Shown here: positions 29,943 through 40,291 of the stretch, piece by piece
Position numbering within the stretch: the first letter of the stretch is position 1
Layout of the letters: each line of letters begins with the position of its first letter
Source of the DNA: an uncultured Rickettsiaceae bacterium
GTDB taxonomy: Bacteria > Pseudomonadota > Alphaproteobacteria > Rickettsiales > Rickettsiaceae
Direction of reading: 5' to 3'
Assembly: GCA_963934885.1 (NCBI GenBank)
Contig: CAWWAI010000001.1
Location: forward strand, 13,269-77,268
DNA length: 64,000 nt
Translations under genes and position numbers: made by a program
Notes under the pieces: generated by a model
What the model was told of the DNA's origin: nothing
Seen by the model: only the letters and a program-made list of their open reading frames with translations
The model's database searches: none

Positions 29943-30761
29943 TCAACGACCCAATACATATATAAATATAAACAAAAACAACCAAACAACGTCTACAAAG
30001 TGCCAATACCAAGCAGCAAACTCGAATCCTAAATGCCCATTACCTTTGCTAAAGTGACCTTTTTTAGCACGAAAAAAACATACAGCTAAGAATATTGTAC
30101 CAACTATCACATGTAGACCGTGGAATCCCGTTGCTAGATAGAAATTTGCGGCATAAACTCCGTCAGCTAGTCCAAAAGCTGCGTGGTGATATTCATAAGC
30201 TTGTAACGCACTAAAAGTAATACCTAGCAATACGGTTATTCCAAGAGCAAGAACTGAATTTTTTTGATCATTATTTTCAATTGAGTGATGTGCCCAAGTA
30301 ACTGTTGTGCCTGATAATAAGAGGATTAATGTGTTGATAAATGGAATATCCCACGGATCAAAAGTTTTTATGCCTTCAGGTGGCCATGTACCATCGGCTA
30401 TAACCCATAAACCTTCTCTAATGCCAGCGGGAAATAAACTCACAGAAAAGAAAGAGAAGAAAAATGCAAAAAAGAACATGATCTCAGATACTATAAACAA
30501 AGACATACCAATTCGAAGTCCCATACGTACCGCTTTGGTGTGATGTTTGCCGTCGCGTCCTTCTGTAATAACATCGCGCCACCAACTCCAAGAACAAAAA
30601 ATGACAGATAGGGTACCAAGGCTAGCCACCAATTTACCACCTTCATATTCATGCATAACCATCACCATACCAAGTGTAAGGGCTAGGAGTGAAAAAGCGG
30701 TAGAAATAGGCCAGTAACTAAGTTCAACCAAATGATAAGGATGTTGCTGTTTTGAGCTCAT
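29943..30761 (-). CDS. coxC: Cytochrome c oxidase subunit III
   Basis: HPYHLV, WPPEGI, NTLILLLSG, GFHGLHV and WYWHFVDVVWLFLF motifs. Confidence 0.97.
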   Translation of the reverse strand: MSSKQQHPYHLVELSYWPISTAFSLLALTLGMVMVMHEYEGGKLVASLGTLSVIFCSWSWWRDVITEGRDGKHHTKAVRMGLRIGMSLFIVSEIMFFFAFFFSFFSVSLFPAGIREGLWVIADGTWPPEGIKTFDPWDIPFINTLILLLSGTTVTWAHHSIENNDQKNSVLALGITVLLGITFSALQAYEYHHAAFGLADGVYAANFYLATGFHGLHVIVGTIFLAVCFFRAKKGHFSKGNGHLGFEFAAWYWHFVDVVWLFLFIFIYVLGR

Positions 30762-30827
30762 TTTTTATTGTTACTATTAATTTTATTATTTATCATTATA
30801 AACAAATTTATTGCTTAAAGTCTATTA

Positions 30828-31364
30828 TTATTCAATATCCCTAACCTTAAAGAAGCTATAAGATAGGGTAATTCTGTCAACATCATCCATTTCTGGATCG
30901 TTTTCCATTGATGAATCTATAAAGAACGAAACTGGCATTAAAACTTTTTCTCCAGCCTTTAATAGTTGTTCTTCAAAACAAAAACAATGTACTTTTACAA
31001 AATATTTTCCTGCTTTTAATGGTGTGACATTATACACAGAAGTACCAATAATATCATGATTACTAAGATTTTCAGATTCATAAAATATAAGTGTGTTTTC
31101 ACCAGTAATTACGTTGGCACTACGATGCTTAGGTACAAACCTCCATGGTAAATTTTTATCAACATTAGCATCAAATTCTACATTTATTTTACGAGATCCT
31201 TTTGCAATTTTTACGTAAGGGTTAGCTCGCTGCGTTGTGCCTCCAAAACCTGTGGCTTTACAAAAAATATTATAAATAGGTACAGATGCCAATGTAAGTA
31301 GCATCATGCTAAAGAGCAAGGCTATAATAGATATAGTTATGTTTTTATTAGATTTGTTAGACAT
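30828..31364 (-). CDS. ctaG: Cytochrome c oxidase assembly protein CtaG/Cox11
   Basis: [10 protein letters not shown] and [10 protein letters not shown] motifs. Confidence 0.95.
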   Translation of the reverse strand: MSNKSNKNITISIIALLFSMMLLTLASVPIYNIFCKATGFGGTTQRANPYVKIAKGSRKINVEFDANVDKNLPWRFVPKHRSANVITGENTLIFYESENLSNHDIIGTSVYNVTPLKAGKYFVKVHCFCFEEQLLKAGEKVLMPVSFFIDSSMENDPEMDDVDRITLSYSFFKVRDIE

Positions 31365-31367
31365 ATT

Positions 31368-32105
31368 TTATTTAAATTTTTTATCAGAAAAAGTTTGACC
31401 TAGATAAACTTCACGCACTTTTGTGCTATCTATTATTTCTGATGGCTTCCCTTCCATTAATACTTTACCATCATATATAATATAAGCTCTATCTACTATA
31501 TCTAGAGTATCTCGAACGTTATGATCTGTAATTAATACGCCAATATTACGATCTTTTAGGTGTGATACTAGTTGTTTAATGTCTCGAACAGCAATAGGAT
31601 CAATGCCTGCAAGCGGTTCATCTAGTAATATAAAGTTTGGTTGCATTGCTAAAGCTCTAGCAATTTCTAGTCTTCTTCGTTCTCCACCAGAAAGAGTAGT
31701 AGCCATTTTATTTTTTAAGTAACCAATGGAAAATTCATCCAATAATTCCTCAGCATTTGCATCTATTTCTTGATTATCATTGTAAATAATTTCCAATATT
31801 GCTTTAATGTTATCTTTAACAGTCAAGCCACGAAAAATAGAAGATTCTTGTGGTAAATAACCGAGTCCTAGACGCGCTCTTAAATACATAGGAAGTTTAG
31901 TAATATCTTGGTCATTTAATAATAATTGTCCAATGTCTGTTTTTATAAGACCAATAATAATACTAAAGAGGGTGGTTTTACCAGCACCATTAGGGCCAAA
32001 TAGCCCAACAGCTTCGCCTTGTGTTAAATGACAAGTGACATTTCTTAAGACAGGTTTTTTGTCATAAGATTTGGATATATTTTGAATGATTAATTTATTC
32101 TGCAT
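31368..32105 (-). CDS. lptB: LPS export ABC ATPase LptB
   Basis: GPNGAGKTT, YLPQESSIFR, LSGGERRR and HNVRDTL motifs. Confidence 0.95.
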   Translation of the reverse strand: MQNKLIIQNISKSYDKKPVLRNVTCHLTQGEAVGLFGPNGAGKTTLFSIIIGLIKTDIGQLLLNDQDITKLPMYLRARLGLGYLPQESSIFRGLTVKDNIKAILEIIYNDNQEIDANAEELLDEFSIGYLKNKMATTLSGGERRRLEIARALAMQPNFILLDEPLAGIDPIAVRDIKQLVSHLKDRNIGVLITDHNVRDTLDIVDRAYIIYDGKVLMEGKPSEIIDSTKVREVYLGQTFSDKKFK

Positions 32106-32127
32106 TATAATAGTTTTATGTATCTAA

Positions 32128-32586
32128 TCAAAGTGAGATTAAGTATATCAGCTTGTCAGTTATGAGTACATTACCTTCTTTATACATGCGCACATTTCCT
32201 TTTAGAGTGAGTTTTTTTGTTGAATTATCAAAAACTCCACCATTAGCAGTAACTATTTCTGTTCCACAATTTTTAATCGCTTTTAATTTTTCAGGGATAA
32301 TGATTTTCTTGATTTCTTTAGTATTATTTGCATCATCATAAATGATTTTTAATATTGAAGTAGTGAGTTTAAAATCATCAAAAATTACGGTTACCTTACC
32401 AAAAAAAGTAGCTGTCGCTGTGTCTTTATTTATAGTTAATTTATCAGAAGTAATTTTTAATTGATCTATGGACGTAGCATGAGATATATTAGAAAACATT
32501 ATACATATAAAAAATATTAATATAGATTTACAGTTAAAAATCATGTGGTTATTTAAAATTCTTAATATCAAAATTTGACTCCACAT
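32128..32586 (-). CDS. lptA: LptA/OstA-like protein
   Basis: Signal peptide, beta-jellyroll pattern (ITSDKL, LTLKGNV); position between lptC and lptB. Confidence 0.7.
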   Translation of the reverse strand: MWSQILILRILNNHMIFNCKSILIFFICIMFSNISHATSIDQLKITSDKLTINKDTATATFFGKVTVIFDDFKLTTSILKIIYDDANNTKEIKKIIIPEKLKAIKNCGTEIVTANGGVFDNSTKKLTLKGNVRMYKEGNVLITDKLIYLISL

Positions 32587-33151
32587 TGCCTCTAAATTCT
32601 ATAATATTATGCGAATCTCTAGTATTAAAACTATTAGCTTTAATACTAGATTTATTAAAATTAACTTCTACATTTGTATCACTATATGCTTCTTGGTTGT
32701 TAAGGTTTAATTTGATTTCTTCGCTATTAAAAATTATTCCATTTAGAGTAATTTCTACGTCGTTAGTTAGCGTCATAAACTTGTTATCTTCATCTAATGT
32801 ACCCTTATCTGCTTTAATCTTCAAGTCACTATTATTTAATGAATATTTGCCGCTTACTGCACTAAGTATATATTGTTTTGCCAAATTTTTAGTAACGGTT
32901 TTAGCTACAATTTTGTAAGGTATAAGATCATTGCTTACTCCTTCAAAAACTGATCGATTTATATTAAGAGTGTAATTTTTTGGAAGATTAGGCTTCTCAT
33001 TTTTAGTAGAGCTTGCTTGTATGTCTTCCTCAATAGAGTTGTTTTTAAGATATAAAGTTGTAATAATAGCTATTAAAACACAGCATCCTGCACTCAAGAA
33101 ACAATATTTTATGAGTTTTATTTTTGCTTGGGTTTTAAATAAATGTTCCAT
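32549..33151 (-). CDS. lptC: LPS export protein LptC
   Basis: Single N-terminal TM and a beta-rich periplasmic part; kdsD-lptC-lptA-lptB order. Confidence 0.75.
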   Translation of the reverse strand: MEHLFKTQAKIKLIKYCFLSAGCCVLIAIITTLYLKNNSIEEDIQASSTKNEKPNLPKNYTLNINRSVFEGVSNDLIPYKIVAKTVTKNLAKQYILSAVSGKYSLNNSDLKIKADKGTLDEDNKFMTLTNDVEITLNGIIFNSEEIKLNLNNQEAYSDTNVEVNFNKSSIKANSFNTRDSHNIIEFRGNVESNFDIKNFK

Positions 33152-34099
33152 TTAACCTATTCCAGCTTTTAATATATCGTGTATATGTATAACTCCAACC
33201 AATTTTTTATTATCAATTACTGGTAATACGGTTATAGATTTATCATTCATAATAAATAAGGCTTCAGTAGCTAAAACCTCAGATCTAATACTTTGAGGCA
33301 TAGGGGTCATTATATTTTCGGCTTTTAGAGTTGTTAATTCGTCTTTAATATGTCTTCTTAAGTCGCCATCAGTTACTATGCCGGCAACGTTATTATCATC
33401 ATCTAGTATAACCGCGCATCCTAAACATTTTTCTGTCATTATTACTATTGTATCTATAAAAGTATCGTTGGCTTTAATTATTGGTAACTTGTCGCCGCTA
33501 CGCATTACATCATTTACTTTTAATAAATTAGCTCCTATTTTTCCACCAGGGTGAAATAATTTAAAGTCATCTTTAGTAAATCCTTTTGCTTCATGTAAAG
33601 CAGTTACTAAAGCATCACCCAAGGACAAAGTCATTAATGCGGATGTAGTAGGGGCTGACAATGCACTAGATTCTTTTTGCATTGGCAGGGTTAATAAGAA
33701 ATTGCTATTATTAGCTAGAGTAGATTTTTTATTCATAGTAATTGCTGCAATAGGTATATTATATCTTTTGCAATAATTTACTGTATCAAACAATTCTTTT
33801 GTTTCACCAGAGTTTGAAAGCATAATTATCAAATCAATATTAGTAATCATGCCTAGATCACCATGGCTTGCTTCGCTTGGATGTATAAAGAATGCTGGTG
33901 TTCCTGTGGAAGCTAGGCTAGCAGCAATTTTTTTTGCAATATAACCACTTTTGCCCATGCCAACTAAAATAACTCGTCCTTTTAATTTTAGAATATGGTT
34001 AACCAATGCAGGAAAATCCAAAGGGACATTATCAGCCAACAACCTTAATGCATTTGATTGATCATTAATTACATTTTTAGCAATTTTTAAATGAGTCAT
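33152..34099 (-). CDS. kdsD: Arabinose-5-phosphate isomerase (KpsF/GutQ)
   Basis: GMGKSG, EASHGDLG and HPGGKIG motifs; CBS pair. Confidence 0.93.
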   Translation of the reverse strand: MTHLKIAKNVINDQSNALRLLADNVPLDFPALVNHILKLKGRVILVGMGKSGYIAKKIAASLASTGTPAFFIHPSEASHGDLGMITNIDLIIMLSNSGETKELFDTVNYCKRYNIPIAAITMNKKSTLANNSNFLLTLPMQKESSALSAPTTSALMTLSLGDALVTALHEAKGFTKDDFKLFHPGGKIGANLLKVNDVMRSGDKLPIIKANDTFIDTIVIMTEKCLGCAVILDDDNNVAGIVTDGDLRRHIKDELTTLKAENIMTPMPQSIRSEVLATEALFIMNDKSITVLPVIDNKKLVGVIHIHDILKAGIG

Positions 34100-34105
34100 A
34101 AAATG

Positions 34106-34723
34106 TTATTCACCATGTGAAAAAATATCAATGTCATTCCAACCGATAAGATCAAGATTGGCACGGGTCGGTAAAAAATTAAATAACTCATTAGCAATTT
34201 CCTTTCTTCCTGTGGCAATTAAGCGCTCAATCAAGATAGTACGCAACAAATGTAAATAGACTACATCTTTTGCGGCATATTCTTTTTGATTATCACTTAG
34301 TTCTTCTGCTCCCCAGTAAGAAGATTGTTGTTGTTTTGAGATAGTAAAATCTAACAATTCTTTGCATAAATCTTTTAATCCATGGCGGTCTGTATAAGTA
34401 CGTACTAGCTTTGAGGCAATTTTAGTACAAAAAATATTAGTTAAATCTATTTCTAAATATTTTTTTATTACCGCTAAATCAAAACGAGCATAATGAAATA
34501 TTTTATTTCTATTTTTATCTAAAAGTAATTTTTTTAAGTTGGGTGAATTATAGTTAATGCCATCAAACTGTACTAAGTAGGAATCACCATCACCATTACT
34601 CATTTGTAACACGCATAGTCTATCACGATGAAATCTCAAACCCATGGTTTCTGTGTCAATAGCTAAATCTCCTGCTATGTCGAAATCATCTGGTAAATCA
34701 TTTTTATATACTGTAATTTTCAT
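34106..34723 (-). CDS. rnd: Ribonuclease D (3'-5' exonuclease)
   Basis: AIDTETMGL, FHYARFD, SKQQQSSYWG and YAAKDV motifs. Confidence 0.88.
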   Translation of the reverse strand: MKITVYKNDLPDDFDIAGDLAIDTETMGLRFHRDRLCVLQMSNGDGDSYLVQFDGINYNSPNLKKLLLDKNRNKIFHYARFDLAVIKKYLEIDLTNIFCTKIASKLVRTYTDRHGLKDLCKELLDFTISKQQQSSYWGAEELSDNQKEYAAKDVVYLHLLRTILIERLIATGRKEIANELFNFLPTRANLDLIGWNDIDIFSHGE

Positions 34724-34748
34724 GCTATTAGGCTCCTAATTTTTAATA

Positions 34749-35081
34749 TTAATTTTCTTTTTTTACGGATGTAGCTTTATAAATTAGCTCTTTTGGTGAG
34801 GAAAAACCTAGTACATTCCTCGTTGTTTCATCTAACATATCTCGGTCTAATGAACCAGGACGTAGCAATTTTGTTCTATTTTCAATTTCTAGTCTTTCAG
34901 CGCGAAGTAATTCTAGTTTTTTATGTGATCTTTCAAGTTCTGATTGTAATGTAAAGTAAGCTATAACACCACGGCTACCATAAATTGAATGAAATACAAA
35001 ATATAAAAGCATTAGTAACACTAAGGCATTAAATACGGTTTTTTTATTAAAAGAAAATGATTTTTGTTCTGTATATGTCAT
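34749..35081 (-). CDS. ftsB: Septum formation initiator (FtsB/DivIC family)
   Basis: TM, then a coiled coil and SLDRDMLDETTRNVLG. Confidence 0.8.
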   Translation of the reverse strand: MTYTEQKSFSFNKKTVFNALVLLMLLYFVFHSIYGSRGVIAYFTLQSELERSHKKLELLRAERLEIENRTKLLRPGSLDRDMLDETTRNVLGFSSPKELIYKATSVKKEN

Positions 35082-35104
35082 AATTTTATTATACCTTGTT
35101 CCCT

Positions 35105-35773
35105 TTATAAGTAAAAAATAAAAAATAAAACAACAAGCGGTGCTGTTAATATTATACTGTCAAATCTATCTAACATACCACCATGCCCTGGTATTATAGT
35201 GCCGCTATCTTTAATATTAAATCTTCTTTTAAAGTATGAAACTAATAAATCACTAGCTTGTGCGGTTAATCCAATAATTAAAGAAAATAGGCTGAGCGCA
35301 AAATGCGAGTCTAGAATTTTATATGGTAGGTAATAAGAAGGTATATAAGTTATTATATTTGTTATGATAATTGCAAAACAAACCCCTATTAGTAAGCCAC
35401 TGATGGTTTTATTGGGACTGAGTTTTGAGGCTAGTTTTGGACCACCAATAAGCTTTCCACCAAGCATCGCCATTATGTCGACGCTCCATATTATTGTAAA
35501 AAAAGTAAATAACAACCAACCAGATTGATCTATGCACGAAAGAAATAGCAGTGAGGCAATAGGAGCGGGTATTAATATTTGCCCAAGCAAGTTACATTTC
35601 TTTGATATGTGTGTCATATTATACCACTCAAGGAGCATCAAAGCTGCAATGATGTAACATAATATATAAAATAATGGGCGAAATACAAAAATTGCTATCA
35701 TAAAAATAGCAGCAATAATAATACCGGATACACAACGTTTTAAAATGTTTTCTTTATTCATTTCTGCCACCAA
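35105..35773 (-). CDS. cdsA: Phosphatidate cytidylyltransferase
   Basis: SPNKTISG and KDSGTIIPGHGGMLDRFDS motifs. Confidence 0.95.
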   Translation of the reverse strand: MVAEMNKENILKRCVSGIIIAAIFMIAIFVFRPLFYILCYIIAALMLLEWYNMTHISKKCNLLGQILIPAPIASLLFLSCIDQSGWLLFTFFTIIWSVDIMAMLGGKLIGGPKLASKLSPNKTISGLLIGVCFAIIITNIITYIPSYYLPYKILDSHFALSLFSLIIGLTAQASDLLVSYFKRRFNIKDSGTIIPGHGGMLDRFDSIILTAPLVVLFFIFYL

Positions 35774-36440
35774 AATTTCTTTTTCGTTGCGAGTAATCTT
35801 CTAGAGCTGCCTTCAAATCATCTTCATTAAAATCAGGCCATAATCTATCGGTAAAGTATAATTCTGCATACGCAGCTTGCCACAATAGAAAATTACTTAT
35901 TCTATGTACACCACTTGTACGAATAAGTAAATCTACATCTGGCATATCTGGATCATAAAGAAATTTTTGAAAACTAGATTCTGTAACTGTTTTAACGCCA
36001 GAATCAATAGCTTGCTGGCAAGCATTAACTATTTCATTTCTTCCGCCATAGCTAAAGGCTATAGTAACAGTTATCTTAGAATGGTTTTTTGTAGACTCTA
36101 TTGCTTGGATAATTTTTTTCTGTAAATTAGGTGATAATTTGCTTAAATCCCCAATTACATTTAATTTTATTTGATATTCACCAAATGTTTTGACTTCATT
36201 TTTTATATAGTGGCTCAATAAATCAATTAGTATAGATACTTCATTTGCAGGTCGTTGCCAATTTTCTGATGAGAACGCATATAAAGTGAGATATTTAATA
36301 TCTAACTTAGAGGCATAAGGCAATAAAAGCTTGGCTGTGTTTGCGCCTTCTTTGTGACCCTGTGCCTTAGTTTTGTTATGTTTATTTGCCCAGCGTGCAT
36401 TGCCGTCCATTATTATTGCTAGGTGATTTAATTTAAACAT
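35754..36440 (-). CDS. uppS: Undecaprenyl diphosphate synthase
   Basis: IMDGNARWA, YAFSSENW, RTSG..RISNFLLWQ and RNFGG motifs. Confidence 0.96.
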   Translation of the reverse strand: MFKLNHLAIIMDGNARWANKHNKTKAQGHKEGANTAKLLLPYASKLDIKYLTLYAFSSENWQRPANEVSILIDLLSHYIKNEVKTFGEYQIKLNVIGDLSKLSPNLQKKIIQAIESTKNHSKITVTIAFSYGGRNEIVNACQQAIDSGVKTVTESSFQKFLYDPDMPDVDLLIRTSGVHRISNFLLWQAAYAELYFTDRLWPDFNEDDLKAALEDYSQRKRNFGGRNE

Positions 36441-37779
36441 TATTATTATTATTATTATTATTTGTTAATGGAAGTTGGATTTTTACAAGTAATCCTTTTA
36501 ATTTTTTACTATCACCTAAACTTATATTACCATAATGACCATTAATAATTTCTTTAGTTATGGCCAGCCCAAGCCCAACACTTGCAAAATGCTCTAAAGA
36601 CCTAGATTTATCGCCTCTATAGAAAGGTTTAAACACTAATTTTCTATCTTGTGGTTTTATTCCAGATCCATTATCTTCTACGCTTACAAAAGCATTAGAC
36701 TTTTTAGAGTATACAGAAATTACAACTTTTGTAGAATATTTTAATGCGTTGCTAATAAGGTTAGTAATAGCTCGTTCAAATGAATGTGGTTTTACTTGAA
36801 CATAAACAGCTTTTTTAAAAATTTGAGTTGTGATATTATAATCAGGCCACTTGCTAGTTATATAATTTTTAATCCAGTTATTTATATCGAGTACTTGAAA
36901 TTCTTCTCCGCCTTCTCCGCGTGCAAAATCTAAATAAGATAATATCATATTTTGCATGCTTTCAATATCATATTGCAGTTCTTCTTTTTCTTCTGAATCA
37001 TCCATTAGCTCTACTTGTAGTTTCATACGTGTAAGTGGTGTTTTTAAATCATGTGAAATCATTGCAAGCATTTGTGTGCGTTTTGTAGTTTGCCGTTCAA
37101 TACGATCTTTCATCTTTAGGAAAGCCAATCCGGCTTTACGAATTTCTTTAGACCCAGATGGTTTATATATAAGATTTTTATCACCACTCCCATATTTTTC
37201 AGCGGCATTGGTTAGTTCAATGATAGATTTAATTTGGTTTTTTGAAAAAATCAAAGAAACAGAGAGTAATAAAATAGTTAGAAAAATCATCCATAATACA
37301 AAAATGTAAGTAGTGGGATTAAGTAGTGCTTTGTAAGGGAGGCGAATTTGTAATATGCCTTCATCACTTTGTAGATATAACCTTATTCTGCCGTCTTCAT
37401 CAAAAAGAACAGTTCCTTCTTGCCCAATTTCTTGTTTCAGGGCTTTTTTAAAAATTTCAAATTCTTCAATATATTTTTTATGCGCTTTAGGTAAAATGGA
37501 ATCAGAAATAAAAACATATTCTAAATTGAGGTAACTTCTTTTTTTATAAGGAGGTGCTTTATAATTTTTTGTACTCATCAGCGAGGATATTTCGGTAGCA
37601 ATAAGTTCGCTAGTATGTTGAGACACATTATACCAGTGCCTTTGATAAAATAAATACACAGCTAATAATTGCCCAATTAAAGTGGGAACTATAATTATTA
37701 ACATAAATCTCGTAAGTAAACTTTTTGGAAAAATTTTACGCTTGAGAGAGTTCTTGAGAGAGTTAGGTATAGAGAACAT
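36433..37779 (-). CDS. envZ: EnvZ-like sensor histidine kinase
   Basis: HAMP domain, ISHDLKTPLTR H-box, NALKY, EDNGSG and GLGLAI motifs. Confidence 0.9.
   Translation of the reverse strand: MFSIPNSLKNSLKRKIFPKSLLTRFMLIIIVPTLIGQLLAVYLFYQRHWYNVSQHTSELIATEISSLMSTKNYKAPPYKKRSYLNLEYVFISDSILPKAHKKYIEEFEIFKKALKQEIGQEGTVLFDEDGRIRLYLQSDEGILQIRLPYKALLNPTTYIFVLWMIFLTILLLSVSLIFSKNQIKSIIELTNAAEKYGSGDKNLIYKPSGSKEIRKAGLAFLKMKDRIERQTTKRTQMLAMISHDLKTPLTRMKLQVELMDDSEEKEELQYDIESMQNMILSYLDFARGEGGEEFQVLDINNWIKNYITSKWPDYNITTQIFKKAVYVQVKPHSFERAITNLISNALKYSTKVVISVYSKKSNAFVSVEDNGSGIKPQDRKLVFKPFYRGDKSRSLEHFASVGLGLAITKEIINGHYGNISLGDSKKLKGLLVKIQLPLTNNNNNNNNV
36439..36462. repeat. (ATT)8 trinucleotide microsatellite at the envZ/uppS junction
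   Basis: Eight tandem ATT units encoding the poly-Asn C-terminus of EnvZ and abutting the uppS ATG. Confidence 0.85.
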
Positions 37780-38431
37780 ATCCTTGGTTTCTTATAGTTT
37801 TTAAGAACTTAGGCGCTTTTGGATCGGATTCAATTTTATTTCTTAGTCTTACTATTTGTACATCAACGGAACGAGGATTTAAGCCTCCTATCTTTTTGGA
37901 AAGTTCATCACGTGTTATTACTTGGTTCTCTGAATCAAGTAAAGCATCTAGTAATCTTTCTTCCGATGCGCTAAGTTTGATATTAATGTCATTTTGTATA
38001 AATTCTTTTGTCAATAGATTATAATGATTATTGCCAAATCTAATTAATTTCTGTTCCTTTTTATGTAAGCTATGTGCATTTACTAAGTTATTAATTCGCA
38101 GTAGCAACTCACGTGGTTCAAAAGGTTTGGTGACGTAATCATTAGCTCCAGCTTCTAGACCTCTAATTTTATCTTCTGGTTCAGATAAAGCCGTTAGCAT
38201 TACGATAGGCATGATGCTGCCACTAGCTTTAATTTTTGTAGCAAATTCTAGACCAGTTATTTCTGGCATCATAACATCAAGAATAATTAAATCATAAGTA
38301 AAATTGGAGAGCAAATTTATTGCTTCTGATGTAGAAGTACTAGTTGATACTAAATAGTTGTTTTGAGAAAGAAATTTCTTTAAAAGTTTTAGTATTCTGT
38401 TATCATCATCTACTATTAAAATATGATTCAT
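37763..38431 (-). CDS. ompR: OmpR family response regulator
   Basis: ILIVDDD, DVMMP, KPFEPRELL and RSVDVQIVRLRNKIE motifs. Confidence 0.9.
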   Translation of the reverse strand: MNHILIVDDDNRILKLLKKFLSQNNYLVSTSTSTSEAINLLSNFTYDLIILDVMMPEITGLEFATKIKASGSIMPIVMLTALSEPEDKIRGLEAGANDYVTKPFEPRELLLRINNLVNAHSLHKKEQKLIRFGNNHYNLLTKEFIQNDINIKLSASEERLLDALLDSENQVITRDELSKKIGGLNPRSVDVQIVRLRNKIESDPKAPKFLKTIRNQGYVLYT

Positions 38432-38534
38432 TAAGCTATTAATTTAATGTATTGTAATCTTTAGTATAGTTGCAATTAACACTATTGACTAGTGTTTTGT
38501 TTGTAAGATTAAGTTATTTTATGAGTGAGTAAAA

Positions 38535-39410
38535 ATGGAATGGAATGAATCAATAAAACTCTCAGAATTTATCTGGATAAATGGCAAAATTATCCCTTGG
38601 GATGAGTCCTACATTCATGTTATTACGCATAGTCTTCATTATTCTGGAGCAGTGTTTGAAGGTGAAAGGGCTTATAATGGCAAGGTTTTTAAGTTAACTG
38701 AGCATACAAACCGTCTGTTGAAATCTGCTGGTGACATGCATTTGCCAATAAAATATTCACTAGAAGAAATAAAAGAAGCAACGGAAATTGTGTTACAAAA
38801 GAACAACCTTAAAAATGCATATATAAGGCCGTTAATATGGCGCGCAGCAGAATCTATAGGAGTTTATAATTCAGCTTTAACAACAAATTTATTGATTTTT
38901 GCTAGTGATTCAAATCCTAAATTTCGTAATGGTTTAAGATTATGTGTTAGTCCGTGGCGTAAAATTTCAGAAAATGCTATACCTGTGCAAGCTAAATCTT
39001 CTACGCATTATGCAATGTTGTCTATATCGCAAAAACTTGCCGTGGATGGTGGTTATGATGATGCTATATTACTTGATCAATTTGATGATATTGCTGAATG
39101 CACTACAACTAATATTTTCTTCGGCAGGGAGGGTGAATTGGTTACACCTGTTGCGGATCGTTTTTTAAATGGACTTACCAGACAAACTGTAATTGAGATA
39201 GCGCGTAACATGGGAATGAAAGTACGAGAAGAGCGCCTTTCGTTAGAAGATATTACGAAATACGATACATGTTTTGTAACAGGAACTTCTGCGGAAATAA
39301 AGGGGGTTTCGTCAATATATACTGGTGAACAAACTGTAAAGTTTGATAATGATAAAATAGTGACGACATTACAGAGTGAATATGCAAAAATTGTTGGAAA
39401 GATATTGTGA
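38535..39410 (+). CDS. ilvE: Branched-chain amino acid aminotransferase
   Basis: HSLHYSGAVFEG.RAY, AKS and LNGLTRQTV motifs. Confidence 0.9.
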   Translation: MEWNESIKLSEFIWINGKIIPWDESYIHVITHSLHYSGAVFEGERAYNGKVFKLTEHTNRLLKSAGDMHLPIKYSLEEIKEATEIVLQKNNLKNAYIRPLIWRAAESIGVYNSALTTNLLIFASDSNPKFRNGLRLCVSPWRKISENAIPVQAKSSTHYAMLSISQKLAVDGGYDDAILLDQFDDIAECTTTNIFFGREGELVTPVADRFLNGLTRQTVIEIARNMGMKVREERLSLEDITKYDTCFVTGTSAEIKGVSSIYTGEQTVKFDNDKIVTTLQSEYAKIVGKIL

Positions 39411-40291
39411 TATTTAAGGGCGTATTTACAGCATTAATAACTCCATTTCAGAATGATCAGATTGATTACCCTGCATTATATAATTTATTAGATAGGCAAA
39501 TAAAAGCTGGAATAGATGCAATAATAATTGGTGGGTCTACCGGTGAAGGTAGTAGTTTGTTGGAAGATGAGCATTGTGAATTAATCGCATCTGCAGTAAA
39601 ATATACTAAGAAAAATGTGCCTATCGTTGCAGGTGTGAATGCCGTTAGTACGCGTGAGGTAGTAAAAAAAGTTACTACATTATGCAAACTTGGTGTAGAT
39701 GGATTAATGTGTACAGCGCCACATTATATACGCCCTGAGCAATCCGGACTTGTAGCGCACTATAAAGCCATTAGTGAAGTTAGTAACGTTCCGATAATGA
39801 TTTACATTCATCCAGTAAGAACAGCTTGTGATTTTTCTGATGATACGTTGATAGAAATCACAAAATTTAAGAATATATCTTCTGTTAAAGATGCTACGAG
39901 TGATTTAGAAAAACCATTGCGTATCTTACCCAAAGTTAAAAATTTTACTATGCTTACAGGTAATGATCCAAGTGTTCTGTCATATAATGCAAATGGTGGA
40001 GTAGGGTGCGTTTCTGTAATTGCTAATATTTTACCTAAACTATGTAAAAAAATTGATGATTATTGGCGGAGCGGAGATATTAAATCAGCCTTGGAATTAC
40101 AGCAAAAATTAGTGCCACTTTTTTCAGCTATTTTTATGGAAAGTAATCCCATAGGTATTAAGTATGCATTAGCAAAGCTTAAATTATGTAGCCATGAGAT
40201 TCGCCTTCCTCTAACTCCAGCTAAACAAGATGGTATTAGTGCTATTGACTTGGTGTTAAAAGATTTAATGATCATGGAAAATAATGTCTGA
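39407..40291 (+). CDS. dapA: 4-hydroxy-tetrahydrodipicolinate synthase
   Basis: GSTGEG, VKDAT and ESNPIGIK motifs. Confidence 0.93.
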   Translation: MIFKGVFTALITPFQNDQIDYPALYNLLDRQIKAGIDAIIIGGSTGEGSSLLEDEHCELIASAVKYTKKNVPIVAGVNAVSTREVVKKVTTLCKLGVDGLMCTAPHYIRPEQSGLVAHYKAISEVSNVPIMIYIHPVRTACDFSDDTLIEITKFKNISSVKDATSDLEKPLRILPKVKNFTMLTGNDPSVLSYNANGGVGCVSVIANILPKLCKKIDDYWRSGDIKSALELQQKLVPLFSAIFMESNPIGIKYALAKLKLCSHEIRLPLTPAKQDGISAIDLVLKDLMIMENNV

